In this document: positions 55,463-64,000 of the stretch, in pieces
Layout: each line of letters starts with the position of its first letter
Numbering within the stretch: the stretch's first letter is position 1
Source of the DNA: Hyphomonadaceae bacterium
Lineage (GTDB): Bacteria > Pseudomonadota > Alphaproteobacteria > Caulobacterales > Aquidulcibacteraceae
Length of the DNA: 64,000 nucleotides
Assembly: GCA_050186805.1 (NCBI GenBank)
Contig: JBFWYC010000002.1
Location: 65,492-129,491 of the forward strand
Direction of reading: 5' to 3'
Notes under the pieces: model-generated
Told to the model about the DNA's origin: nothing
Seen by the model: only the letters and a program-made list of their open reading frames with translations
Database searches by the model: none
Position numbers and translations under genes: made by a program

Positions 55463-55846
55463 ATGCCCGAGCCGTATTGCCGACTTTACATCGATACTGA
55501 CGACGACCGCGCGAGTGTTCAGGCGGCAGTAGACGCCTACCTGCCGCAGGCGTTTGAAGGGACCATCGTCGATGCACCTGTGTTTAAGAACACCGGATTC
55601 GAACCGAAGGCTCGCGCTCGCCGCCCTTACGATCCAATCGAATGTTCGCCTTTGACCGCCGAGGTCGGCGCGGGCGACGAACCATCTGAGCATGTAGAGC
55701 CATTCCAAGCTGGCCTGGTTAGGCTCGTCATCAAGCTGAGAGCGCGAGGTTACTTCGTGACAGCGTCATGCGACTTCGAAGAGCGAGTGGCGAAAGAAAC
55801 CGGATGGAATTGGTCGGACCGAACCACCGAGCCGCCCGGTCGATAG
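55463..55846 (+). CDS. Hypothetical protein (islet ORF 1)
   Basis: 127-aa acidic ORF in the low-GC islet. No recognised domain. Confidence 0.5.
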   Translation: MPEPYCRLYIDTDDDRASVQAAVDAYLPQAFEGTIVDAPVFKNTGFEPKARARRPYDPIECSPLTAEVGAGDEPSEHVEPFQAGLVRLVIKLRARGYFVTASCDFEERVAKETGWNWSDRTTEPPGR

Positions 55847-55879
55847 GGTCCGCTCCCGGCGAGGACGCGCCGGTTGCCA

Positions 55880-55953
55880 GCTGCTGACTCAGGCGTCACG
55901 TTTTTAGCGACTAGGCCATTCGTGATTTTGTACGCGATGACGTAGGCTGGCCC
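55880..55953 (+). repeat. Islet repeat copy 1
   Basis: The 52-nt core at 55880-55931 is 45/52 identical to 56381-56432. It starts 34 nt after the preceding stop codon. Confidence 0.7.
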
Positions 55954-56000
55954 AATGCAGAGGTTGGCAAAGCGGCTACAGTGCGATGGGAGGGCGACAA

Positions 56001-56336
56001 ATGAGCTTCTACACGCACGTAAAGTTATTCCCGTTGGACGTCGGCACTTTCGACCTTCCGACACTAGCTCCGCAGATCGATGCCATCGTGGCTGACGCGC
56101 AACTCCCCGAGGACGTAGCGGCAGACATCAAGCAATTGCTAGATGAGGAAGAGGTTGGTTTCTCATTAGATTCCCACTCAATCATCGACCTCATGGGTAA
56201 GGTCGCTGTTCTTGCGCCAAACATGGTCTTCGCGTTGCGCGGATTAGGCGAAGACCCCCGCACTGTCTGGGTTCGAGAGTATGAAGGCGGAAAGCAGCGT
56301 TTTGAGTTCGGGCCACCAGAAGGCGGCGATTTTTGA
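56001..56336 (+). CDS. Hypothetical acidic protein (islet ORF 2)
   Basis: GGGAGGG 6 nt upstream of the ATG at 56001. 111 aa, no recognised domain. Confidence 0.55.
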   Translation: MSFYTHVKLFPLDVGTFDLPTLAPQIDAIVADAQLPEDVAADIKQLLDEEEVGFSLDSHSIIDLMGKVAVLAPNMVFALRGLGEDPRTVWVREYEGGKQRFEFGPPEGGDF

Positions 56337-56380
56337 TACGGGCTCAATGTCTGAGTTCGGCGATGACGCGCCAATCGTCG

Positions 56381-56465
56381 GCTGCTGACGCGAGCGTCAC
56401 GTTTTGAGCGACCGAGCCATTCGTGATTTTGTGCCTTACGGCCGACGATGGCCCGGAACGGACGT
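56381..56465 (+). repeat. Islet repeat copy 2
   Basis: A 52-nt core plus a downstream GATGGCCCGGAACGGACGT box that matches copy 0. It starts 45 nt after the preceding stop codon. Confidence 0.7.
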
Positions 56466-56509
56466 CAAGCGAACTGGCTGTTCGCACAAATCAGCGCGAT
56501 ATTGCCTCG

Positions 56510-56749
56510 ATGGACTTATTGAAGCTGTTAGCAGTGACCGGGCTATTCCTCACCGCCTTGTCGGCGTGGTTCTTCCTTCCACTTTGGGCAGTGAAATACG
56601 CCGGCCGGGCGCTCAGGGCTGGTCAGACTTCGAAGTCACGTTGGACGAACGCAGGATACAGTTTTCTTTGCGCCGTGGGTGTCGCCTTCGCGACCTACGT
56701 TGCGCTTGCTGCAGCCATTACGATGGTGTTTCCGACACCTATTCCGTAG
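56510..56749 (+). CDS. Small 2-TM membrane protein (islet ORF 3)
   Basis: MDLLKLLAVTGLFLTALSAWFFLPLW... and a second helix FLCAVGVAFATYVALAAAI. No clear RBS. Confidence 0.4.
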   Translation: MDLLKLLAVTGLFLTALSAWFFLPLWAVKYAGRALRAGQTSKSRWTNAGYSFLCAVGVAFATYVALAAAITMVFPTPIP

Positions 56750-56879
56750 CGCCCAATGGCTGTTGTCGGCGAACACACACCGGATTGAAGGGGAGTTATG
56801 AGCGACCGGATTGGAGGGCGCCCGCCACTCCGGTTAAAAATGTCCGGCCGCACACTGGCCGCTGAGGCGCTTGGCAAAA

Positions 56880-57239
56880 ATGAAACGTCTTCCTAGCCGG
56901 ATGCGGCGCTTGACCGTGGGGCTGGTCATCGCTTGGTTTGTTGGCGGCTGTCTTTCTATTGCGCAGTTAGGGACGCCGCCGCCATCGCGCGAAGCAAGCG
57001 CACTAGAAGTGTGTGCGTACGCCGACCAGCGAAGAGCAGAGCTTGCCTGGGCGCGCTATCGGCACGAAACTGAGTGTCGTTCCGATCCAAATCAGCAACG
57101 CCACGCGCGCCGCATAATCGCCGGAGAGTCACTGACATATCTCGTACGGGCGGTGCTTTACGGCTTGGCAGTGTTCTTGATCCCGTTGTTGGTCTGGTGT
57201 GCGGCGATGCTTTGGGGTCGAACCGGTAGAGCTGACTAG
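56880..57239 (+). CDS. Small membrane protein (islet ORF 4)
   Basis: N-terminal TM/lipobox-like VGGC and a C-terminal TM LYGLAVFLIPLLVWCAAML. ATG at 56880 is preferred to TTG at 56871. Confidence 0.42.
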   Translation: MKRLPSRMRRLTVGLVIAWFVGGCLSIAQLGTPPPSREASALEVCAYADQRRAELAWARYRHETECRSDPNQQRHARRIIAGESLTYLVRAVLYGLAVFLIPLLVWCAAMLWGRTGRAD

Positions 57240-57404
57240 GTTAGAGCACCAGCAAAAGCTGCATACGGCCCCAACGCAATGACCGGCGATTTCCAGCCGG
57301 ACGCCCATGAATTGCGGAATGTCTGCTTCGGGCCCAGACTCAGAAATAGCTCCGCCTTGGCTTGCCCCGCCTCACCCGCTACACACCCGCGCGCCGGGAA
57401 GATC

Positions 57405-58679
57405 ATGACAAGCACAGCCATCAACACGCCGCACACGCGCCGCGTGCTTGCCGCCAGCCTCGTGGGCACGGCGGTCGAGTTCTATGATTTCTACATCTAC
57501 GCCACCGCCGCCTCGCTGGTGTTCGGGCCGCTTTTCTTTCCCTCCGAGTCGCCGTCCGCGCAGCTGATGTCGAGCTACGCCACCTTCGCCATCGCCTTTA
57601 TTGCGCGCCCGGTAGGCGCCGTGTTCTTCGGCCATTTCGGCGACCGCATCGGGCGCAAGTCGACGCTCGTCGCTTCGCTCTTGCTGATGGGCGGCTCGAC
57701 CATGGCGATCGCGTTTCTGCCGACCTACGCGCAAGCCGGCTGGATCGCGCCGCTCTTGCTTTGCATCCTGCGCTTCGGCCAAGGCTTCGGGCTCGGCGGC
57801 GAATGGGGCGGCGCCGCATTGCTCGCGGTCGAGAACGCGCCGCCCGGCTGGCGCGCGCGCTTCGGCATGTTTCCCCAGCTCGGCGCGCCTGTCGGCTTCA
57901 TCGCCGCCAACGGCTTCTTCCTGTTGCTCGGCCTCTTTCTCACCCAGGAGCAATTCACCAGCTGGGGCTGGCGCATTCCGTTCCTGGCCAGCGCCGCGTT
58001 GGTGATCATTGGCCTTTGGGTGCGCTTGAAGCTCACCGAAACGCCGGAGTTCAAAGCCGCACTCGAAAAGGCGCCGCCCGCCCATGCGCCGCTCGGCGAA
58101 GTGCTGGTGAAGCACTGGCCGCAGGTGCTGGGCGGCACGTTCGGCGCCATCGCCTGCTTCGCCATCTACTATCTCGCCACCGCGTTCGCGCTCGGCTACG
58201 GCGTCGGCACGCTGGGCTATGCGCGCGAGACGTTTCTCGGCGTGCAGCTGATCGCCATTCTGTTCATGGCGGCCGGCATCATCTGGGCCGGCTATTGGGC
58301 GGATGCGTCGAGCCCACGCAACGTGCTGATGTGGGGCTGCGCGCTCACCGTCATCGCCGGCTTTGCGCTGGCGCCGCTCATGGGCGCGGGCTCGCTGCTG
58401 CTGATCGGGGCGTTCCTGGCGCTGGCGCTTTTGCTGATGGGGTTCGTTTATGGCCCGCTCGGCGCCTGGCTGCCGGGGCTCTACCCCGCGCGCGTGCGCT
58501 ACACCGGCGCCAGCGTCGCGTTCAATGTCGGCGGCATTATCGGCGGCGGCATGACGCCGCTGATCGCCGAACAGCTCGTCGCCGCCGGCGGCCTGCACTT
58601 TGTCGGCTATTATCTCAGCCTCGCCGCGGGCTTGAGCTTCATCGCGCTCTTGCTGTTGCCGCAGCGCGCCGCGCCGTGA
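57405..58679 (+). CDS. MFS transporter, metabolite:H+ symporter (MHS) family
   Basis: GTAVEFYDFYIY start motif and GHFGDRIGRK loop, 12 TM helices. Confidence 0.9.
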   Translation: MTSTAINTPHTRRVLAASLVGTAVEFYDFYIYATAASLVFGPLFFPSESPSAQLMSSYATFAIAFIARPVGAVFFGHFGDRIGRKSTLVASLLLMGGSTMAIAFLPTYAQAGWIAPLLLCILRFGQGFGLGGEWGGAALLAVENAPPGWRARFGMFPQLGAPVGFIAANGFFLLLGLFLTQEQFTSWGWRIPFLASAALVIIGLWVRLKLTETPEFKAALEKAPPAHAPLGEVLVKHWPQVLGGTFGAIACFAIYYLATAFALGYGVGTLGYARETFLGVQLIAILFMAAGIIWAGYWADASSPRNVLMWGCALTVIAGFALAPLMGAGSLLLIGAFLALALLLMGFVYGPLGAWLPGLYPARVRYTGASVAFNVGGIIGGGMTPLIAEQLVAAGGLHFVGYYLSLAAGLSFIALLLLPQRAAP

Positions 58680-58713
58680 TCCGCGCCGGCCGGGTTTACG
58701 TACAAGCCCTCGC

Positions 58714-60114
58714 ATGAGCACGCCTTGCATCGTCTGGCTGCGCCAGGATCTGCGCATTGCCGACAATCCGGCGCTGCACGCCGCCGCGCAGAGCCAGCGG
58801 CCGCTGATCGTTCTCTATGTTCTCGACGACGAAACACCAGGGCGCTGGCGCATGGGCGGCGCATCGCGCTGGTGGCTGCATCATAGCCTGGCCGCGCTCA
58901 GCGCCGATCTGAAGCGGCGCGGCGCAGAGCTTGTGTTGCGGCGCGGCGTGGCGGGCGACATCGTCACGCAGCTGGCGGCGGAGACGAACGCCGGCGCCGT
59001 CTATTGGAACCGCTGCTACGAGCCCTATGCCGTGCAGCGCGACGCCGCGCTGAAGCAAACGCTAAGCGCGCGCGGCCTGGAGGTGAAGAGCTTCAACGGC
59101 GCGCTGCTCCACGAACCGTGGAGCGTCAAAACGAAAACCGGCGAGCCGTTCAAAGTGTTCACGCCGTTCTGGCGCGCCTGTCAGCTGATGCCGATACGCG
59201 CACCGCTGCCGGCGCCGAAAAAGCTCGCCGGCCTGACGCCAGCGCCCGCGAGCGACGCGCTTGCGGCATGGGCGCTGTTGCCGACGCGCCCGAACTGGGC
59301 CGCAAGCTTCGCCGGCGCACCAGGCGAAAAAGGCGCCCACGCCGCCCTCAGCGCTTTTCTCGATGAGAAACTGCGCGCCTATCCCAAGACGCGCGACCAA
59401 CTCGGCGTCGCCGGCACCTCGCGGCTTTCCGCGCATTTGCATTTCGGCGAAATCTCGCCGGTGCAAATCCACGCCGCTGTCGGCGATGCGCCGGGCGCGG
59501 AAAAATTTCTGCAGGAAATCGGCTGGCGCGAATTTTCCGCCAATCTCCTGTTTCACTGGCCGGACCTGCCCGACGCCAACTGGAAGAAGAGCTTCGATCC
59601 ATTTCCGTGGCGCGACGACGCCGAGGCGCTCGCCGCCTGGCGCGCGGGCCGCACCGGTTATCCGATTGTCGACGCCGCCATGCGCGAACTCTGGGCCACT
59701 GGCTACATGCACAATCGCGCCCGCATGATCGCGGCGTCGTTTCTGATCAAGCATCTGTTGATCGATTGGCGCCGCGGCGAAGACTGGTTCTGGGACACTT
59801 TGGTCGACGCCGACCTCGCCAACAACGCCGCCTCCTGGCAATGGGTCGCCGGCTCGGGCGCCGACGCCTCGCCCTATTTCCGCATCTTCAACCCGATCAC
59901 CCAAGGCGAGCGCTTCGACGCTGACGGCGCTTACGTGCGGCGATGGCTGCCCGAACTCGCCGCGCTGCCCGCCGATGTGATCCACGCGCCGTGGCAAGCC
60001 GATGCGCTAACGCTCGCCAGCGCCGGCGTGAAACTGGGCGCGACGTACCCGCCGCCGATCGTCGATCACGCGCAAGCCCGCGCCCGCGCGCTGGAAGCTT
60101 ACGCCACGCTGTAG
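58714..60114 (+). CDS. phrB: Deoxyribodipyrimidine photolyase (class I CPD photolyase/cryptochrome family)
   Basis: WLRQDLRIADNPAL N-terminus. FAD-binding region TSRLSAHLHFGEIS, WREF, GYMHNRARM and ASWQWVAGSGADA. Confidence 0.93.
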   Translation: MSTPCIVWLRQDLRIADNPALHAAAQSQRPLIVLYVLDDETPGRWRMGGASRWWLHHSLAALSADLKRRGAELVLRRGVAGDIVTQLAAETNAGAVYWNRCYEPYAVQRDAALKQTLSARGLEVKSFNGALLHEPWSVKTKTGEPFKVFTPFWRACQLMPIRAPLPAPKKLAGLTPAPASDALAAWALLPTRPNWAASFAGAPGEKGAHAALSAFLDEKLRAYPKTRDQLGVAGTSRLSAHLHFGEISPVQIHAAVGDAPGAEKFLQEIGWREFSANLLFHWPDLPDANWKKSFDPFPWRDDAEALAAWRAGRTGYPIVDAAMRELWATGYMHNRARMIAASFLIKHLLIDWRRGEDWFWDTLVDADLANNAASWQWVAGSGADASPYFRIFNPITQGERFDADGAYVRRWLPELAALPADVIHAPWQADALTLASAGVKLGATYPPPIVDHAQARARALEAYATL

Positions 60115-60176
60115 CGCGCGCCGCTTGCCACGTTGGCGCGGCCTCCTATGCTTGCGCGCAAGGGGAGGCAATCACC

Positions 60177-61103
60177 ATGAACTGGACCACCTTCTGCACC
60201 GTGCTCATCGGCGCAGCCGCCATCGCCACCTCGGCGTTCGCGCAACCGCGCGACCAGTTCGGCGCCATCCGCACCCAAATGCGCACGGGCGTCCACTACG
60301 CCTCCTCCTCACCCGATCCGCTGGAAGAGCCGCCGGCGGGTGTGTTCGCGCGCGTGACCTATCGCTCCGCAGTTGGCGAACTCGGCGCCTATGTGACGCC
60401 CGATCCCGGCGACGGCGCGCGCCATCCGGCGATCATCTGGATGACCGGCGGCGAGACCAACACGATCGGCGATGTCTGGAGCCGGCGGCCGGCGGACAAC
60501 GATCAATCCGCCGCCGCTTATCGCCAAGCCGGCATCGTGATGATGTTTCCCTCGCTGCGCGGCGGCAATCGCAACCCCGGCCGGATCGAAGGCTTCTTCG
60601 GCGAGATCGACGATGTCATCGCCGCCGCCGATTATCTCGCCAGCCTGCCTTATGTCGATCCGCAGCGTATCTATCTCGGCGGCCACTCGACTGGCGGCAC
60701 GCTTGTTTTCCTCGCCGCCGAAGCCAGCGACCGCTTCCGCGCCACGTTTTCGTTTGGCCCCGTCGCTTACGCTTCGGTCTATGCGCCGGACTTGATCCCC
60801 GTCGACTTCTCCACGCTGCCAGCTTGGGAAGACATTCTGCGCGCGCCGGTCGAGTGGATGCCATCGGTGCGGCGGCCGCTCTTTGTTATCGAAGGCACCG
60901 ACGGCAATATCGAGCATCTGCGCGGCATGCGTCAGCTCAATCAGAACGCCAACATCACCTTCCTCGAAGCCGCCGGCGGCGACCATTTCGGCATTCTCGC
61001 GCCGATCAATCGCCTCATCGCCCAGAAAATCCTCGCCGACACCGGCGCCGCCTCAAACATCACGCTGACCGAGCAAGACATCACGCAAGCGCTGCGGGAG
61101 TGA
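60177..61103 (+). CDS. Secreted alpha/beta hydrolase (S9 peptidase/dienelactone-hydrolase-like)
   Basis: AGGGGAGG RBS, signal ending AFAQP, GGHSTGG nucleophile elbow and C-terminal GGDHF. Confidence 0.78.
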   Translation: MNWTTFCTVLIGAAAIATSAFAQPRDQFGAIRTQMRTGVHYASSSPDPLEEPPAGVFARVTYRSAVGELGAYVTPDPGDGARHPAIIWMTGGETNTIGDVWSRRPADNDQSAAAYRQAGIVMMFPSLRGGNRNPGRIEGFFGEIDDVIAAADYLASLPYVDPQRIYLGGHSTGGTLVFLAAEASDRFRATFSFGPVAYASVYAPDLIPVDFSTLPAWEDILRAPVEWMPSVRRPLFVIEGTDGNIEHLRGMRQLNQNANITFLEAAGGDHFGILAPINRLIAQKILADTGAASNITLTEQDITQALRE

Positions 61104-61242
61104 TGTCGGCGTGATTATTGGCCCGAATTCGCCGAGATCGGACCAATGGAGCCTCCGTGACCACCGTCACAGCCATACGGCCTAGCCGAACGTAGTGTCT
61201 CTTCATCGAAGCGATAACGCTTCGGACCGAGGAGCACCGGAA

Positions 61243-61335
61243 ATGACCAAGTTCTACGCCCTGATCGCCGCCTGCTGCGTGTTTGCCCCGATGGCCTTCG
61301 CCACCATGACGCAAGCCGCCCAGATCGTCGCCTGA
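61243..61335 (+). CDS. 30-aa hydrophobic peptide, tandem copy 1
   Basis: GAGGAG 8 nt upstream. Translation MTKFYALIAACCVFAPMAFATMTQAAQIVA. Confidence 0.45.
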   Translation: MTKFYALIAACCVFAPMAFATMTQAAQIVA

Positions 61336-61369
61336 TCGGCCCCGCCCGCCAGAATTCGAGAGCACTCCG

Positions 61370-61462
61370 ATGACCAAATTCTACAGCCTGATCGCCGCCT
61401 GCGCCGTGTTTGCGCCGATCGCGATGGCGACCCTCGCTCGAGCCGCTCAAATCGTCGCGTAA
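61370..61462 (+). CDS. 30-aa hydrophobic peptide, tandem copy 2
   Basis: Translation MTKFYSLIAACAVFAPIAMATLARAAQIVA, 23/30 identical to copy 1. Several nucleotide differences between the copies are synonymous. Confidence 0.45.
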   Translation: MTKFYSLIAACAVFAPIAMATLARAAQIVA

Positions 61463-61492
61463 GCTCCCCGCTTCGATTGCAGCGCCACAGAA

Positions 61493-61530
61493 GGCCGCGG
61501 AGGCGCTCCCCCTCCGCGGCCTTTCTCATT
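61493..61530 (+). terminator. Rho-independent terminator after the tandem peptide genes
   Basis: An 11-bp stem GGCCGCGGAGG/CCTCCGCGGCC with a 7-nt loop, then TTTCTCATT. Confidence 0.7.
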
Positions 61531-61564
61531 GGCGAAGCCGCAATTCCCGGGCACAGCTGCGCGC

Positions 61565-62185
61565 GTGAGCCACGCGACGCAAATCCTCATCGATCGCGCC
61601 AGCGCGCGCCCGGCGGCGTCGAGCGGGCTGGTCTCCGACATCGTGCGCTGGATCAGCGCCGTTTATCTCAAGCTCGGCGGCTGGCGCATCGAGGGCGATT
61701 GGCCGGGGCTCGACAAAGCCGTGCTGGTAGCCGCGCCGCACACCTCGAACTGGGACGGCATAAACATGCTGGCGACCGCCGGCTTTTATCGCGTCAAGCT
61801 CAGGTGGATGGGCAAGAAAAGCCTGACCCAGGGCCCGTTCGGCTGGCTGATCAAAGCGCTCGGCTGCGTGCCCATCGACCGCTCCGCCAGCCACGATGTC
61901 GTCAACACGATGAGCGAGCTGTTCGCGCAGGCGCCGCGCATGGTGCTCGCCGTGCCGCCCGAGGGCACGCGCAGCGCCGTGCGCGAATGGAAGAGCGGCT
62001 TCTATCACATCGCCGTCGGCGCGCGCGTGCCGATCATCCTGAGCGTGCTCGACTATGGCGGCAAGACCGTGCGCCTCGCCGCCATCGTCACGCCCAGCGG
62101 CGATTATGACGCCGACTTGCCGCTGATCCGCGCCCACTATCGCGACGCCATCGGCAAGCGCGCGGAAAAATTCGTGGCGACGTGA
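61565..62185 (+). CDS. PlsC-type lysophospholipid/glycerolipid acyltransferase
   Basis: HX4D motif APHTSNWDG and PEGTRS motif. A GTG at 61565 is preferred because the longest ORF (61529) starts inside the terminator. Confidence 0.78.
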   Translation: MSHATQILIDRASARPAASSGLVSDIVRWISAVYLKLGGWRIEGDWPGLDKAVLVAAPHTSNWDGINMLATAGFYRVKLRWMGKKSLTQGPFGWLIKALGCVPIDRSASHDVVNTMSELFAQAPRMVLAVPPEGTRSAVREWKSGFYHIAVGARVPIILSVLDYGGKTVRLAAIVTPSGDYDADLPLIRAHYRDAIGKRAEKFVAT

Positions 62186-62188
62186 CGC

Positions 62189-63301
62189 TTAGCCCAGCCA
62201 GCCAGGCTTCTTGAACGGCTTGCCCAGATCGCGCGCCACCGCTTCGTGCGTGATCGCGCCTTCATAGACGTTGAGGCCGTTGGCCAGATGCGGATCGTCC
62301 TTCAGCGCTTGCTTGTAGCCTTTGTTGGCCAGCGCCAGGGTGAACGGCAGCGTCGCATTGTTGAGCGCGAACGCCGACGTACGCGACACCGCGCCCGGCA
62401 TGTTGGCGACGCAATAGTGCACGATGCCGTCGACGACGAAGGTGGGCTCCGAATGCGTCGTCGGCTTCGAGGTTTCGAAGCAGCCGCCTTGATCGATTGA
62501 AATGTCGACCAGCACCGAACCCGGGCGCATCGTCTTCAGCATCGGCCGCGTGATCAGCTTGGGCGCCGCCGCCCCCGCCACCAAGACCGCGCCGACGACG
62601 ATATCGGCCTCCGCGATCGCTTCGGCGATCGCTGCGCTGGTGGAGTAGATGGTCTCCAAGCGGCCGTCGAATTCGCGGTCGAGTTCTTCAAGCCGCGTCG
62701 GGTTCTTGTCGAACACCAGCACGCGCGCGCGCATGCCGACGGCGATCTGGGCGGCGTTGTAGCCGGAAACGCCGGCGCCGAGGATGACGACATTGGCGGG
62801 CTGCACGCCCGGCACGCCGCCGATCAGCACGCCGCGCCCGCCGTGCGCCTTCTCCAAAAAGTACGCGCCGACCTGGATCGACATGCGGCCGGCCACTTCC
62901 GACATCGGCTTCAACAGCGGCAGGCGCCCGTCTTTATCGGTGACTGTCTCATACGCGATGCAGGTGGCGCCGGACTTCATCAGGCCCTCTGCCTGTTCGG
63001 GATCGGGCGCGAGATGGAGGTAGGTGAAGAGCGTGTGCTTGGGCGTGAGCCGCGCGATCTCGACCGCTTGCGGCTCTTTCACCTTCACGATCATCTCGGC
63101 TTCCGCGAACACCGCATCGGCGTTCGGCAGAATCTTCACGCCGACCTTTTCGTACACTGCATCCGGCGCGCCGATGCCCTCGCCCGCCTTGGTTTCGAGA
63201 AACACGTCATGGCCGGCGCGCACCAGTTCGGCCGCGCTCTCCGGCGTCAGACCGACGCGATATTCGTGGACCTTGATTTCCTTCGGACAGCCGACGCGCA
63301 T
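62189..63301 (-). CDS. ald: Alanine dehydrogenase
   Basis: MRVGCPKEIKVHEYRVGLTP start and GAGVSGYNAA Rossmann motif, 370 aa. Confidence 0.95.
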   Translation of the reverse strand: MRVGCPKEIKVHEYRVGLTPESAAELVRAGHDVFLETKAGEGIGAPDAVYEKVGVKILPNADAVFAEAEMIVKVKEPQAVEIARLTPKHTLFTYLHLAPDPEQAEGLMKSGATCIAYETVTDKDGRLPLLKPMSEVAGRMSIQVGAYFLEKAHGGRGVLIGGVPGVQPANVVILGAGVSGYNAAQIAVGMRARVLVFDKNPTRLEELDREFDGRLETIYSTSAAIAEAIAEADIVVGAVLVAGAAAPKLITRPMLKTMRPGSVLVDISIDQGGCFETSKPTTHSEPTFVVDGIVHYCVANMPGAVSRTSAFALNNATLPFTLALANKGYKQALKDDPHLANGLNVYEGAITHEAVARDLGKPFKKPGWLG

Positions 63302-63408
63302 GGGACAATCTCCTGTTGGCGGGGAAATATCCCGACGACGACGCACTTTCTTGGATATTTTCGGCGTATGGAGGTTGGATGCGCCTATTTTTCTGCGTAT
63401 TGAGCGCC

Positions 63409-63888
63409 ATGCCGCAACAAATTCCCGTTCAGCTCGACGATTTCGACCACAAGATCCTGATCGAACTCGAACGCGACGGCGTGCTCACCGCCGCGGCCTT
63501 GGCCGAGCGTGTGGGTTTAAGCGCTTCCGCCTGCCACCGTCGCGTCAAAGCCATGGAAGCGGCGGGCGTGATCGAAGGCTACGCCGCGATCCTTTCGGAG
63601 AAAGCCCTCGGCCGCAGCGCCACGGTGTTTGTCGCGGTGACGCTTGAAGACCAGCGCCGCGAAACCATGGCCAAGTTCGAACGCGCCGTCGCGCTCTGCC
63701 GCGAAGTGCAAGACTGCCACCTGATGACCGGCGAGAGCGACTATCTGCTGCGCATCGTCATCGCCGACGACGACCGCTACGAACGCATCCACCAAGACAC
63801 GCTCTCGCGCCTGCCCGGCGTGCGCAGGCTGGTGAGCAACTTCACCATCCGCACCGTATTCAGACGCGCCGCAAGCGTGGCGCACTGA
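63409..63888 (+). CDS. lrp: Lrp/AsnC family transcriptional regulator
   Basis: LDDFDHKILIELERDG...LAERVGLSASACHRRVKAME HTH plus a RAM domain. Divergent from ald, the classic arrangement. Confidence 0.9.
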   Translation: MPQQIPVQLDDFDHKILIELERDGVLTAAALAERVGLSASACHRRVKAMEAAGVIEGYAAILSEKALGRSATVFVAVTLEDQRRETMAKFERAVALCREVQDCHLMTGESDYLLRIVIADDDRYERIHQDTLSRLPGVRRLVSNFTIRTVFRRAASVAH

Positions 63889-63902
63889 GCGCGAACTTGC
63901 AG

Positions 63903-63961
63903 GTTGGAGCGCGTGGCCTCCGGCCACGCATGCGCCGCCGGAGGCGTCGCGCTCCAACTTT
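63903..63961 (+). terminator. Long compound hairpin downstream of lrp
   Basis: Outer arms GTTGGAGCGCG/CGCGCTCCAAC and inner arms GCCTCCGG/CCGGAGGC, followed by TTT. Confidence 0.45.
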
Positions 63962-64000
63962 CACGCATAGCGTCGTTTCAAGGTAAGCGCCCCTTCTCCT

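Noticed and set aside
55847-56000. The islet repeats as canonical integron attC sites.
   Set aside because: I could not find the paired RYYYAAC / GTTRRRY core sites or the long imperfect palindrome expected of attC. Only a 6-bp TTGCCA/TGGCAA and a 5-bp TCACG/CGTGA inverted pair are present. No intI gene is in the window. The region is kept as an unexplained repeat family instead.
61243-61462. The tandem peptides as entericidin-like lipoproteins or as attenuation leader peptides for the acyltransferase gene.
   Set aside because: The Cys at position 11 would leave a signal peptide of only 10 residues, too short for Lol/Lsp processing. There is no run of a single regulatory amino-acid codon, and no alternative antiterminator pairing was evident.
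1-64000. CRISPR arrays, rRNA/tRNA genes, IS elements or transposases, prophage or conjugation genes.
   Set aside because: None was seen. The only repeats are the palindromic element at 55208, the islet repeats, the in-gene PPC domain repeats and the paralogous small genes.

Overview
This is a high-GC (roughly two-thirds G+C) chromosomal segment. Its gene content and promoter motifs point to an alphaproteobacterium. I support about 65 protein-coding genes and found no rRNA, tRNA, CRISPR array, transposase or integrase. All functional calls rest on motifs and family resemblance recognised by eye, not on database searches. Most of the window is ordinary metabolism and transport:
- a glutathione-dependent formaldehyde detoxification operon (adhC-VOC-gfa-fghA)
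- acyl-CoA synthetase and isobutyryl-CoA-type acyl-CoA dehydrogenase
- an alpha/beta-hydrolase, TonB-dependent receptor and MFS cluster
- a TetR-HlyD-ABC-ABC2 efflux operon with a perfect palindromic operator
- glpQ, clpB, gabD, ald with a divergent lrp, photolyase, pirin and an EF-G paralogue

The regions worth a second look are:
1. An AT-rich two-gene cassette at 4068-5176.
2. A nucleotide cyclase-TM-FGE fusion next to a CpdA-like phosphodiesterase.
3. A three-gene cluster of unknown function at 23126-25701 (coiled-coil 4-TM protein, TM-anchored vWA-like protein, small GIY-YIG-like protein).
4. Three paralogous small acidic lipoproteins, each behind a GGAAC-N16-sGTT (EcfG/general-stress type) promoter motif.
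5. A membrane-anchored PA-IL-like lectin protein with a coupled unknown partner.
6. A secreted 3xPPC-caspase-EF-hand protein divergent from a MerR/TipAS regulator.
7. A low-GC islet (about 54800-57250) of small same-strand ORFs separated by a repeated element of about 52-85 bp.
8. Two tandem 30-codon paralogous peptide genes with their own terminator.

I cannot show that any of these is a new system. They are candidates ranked by interest.
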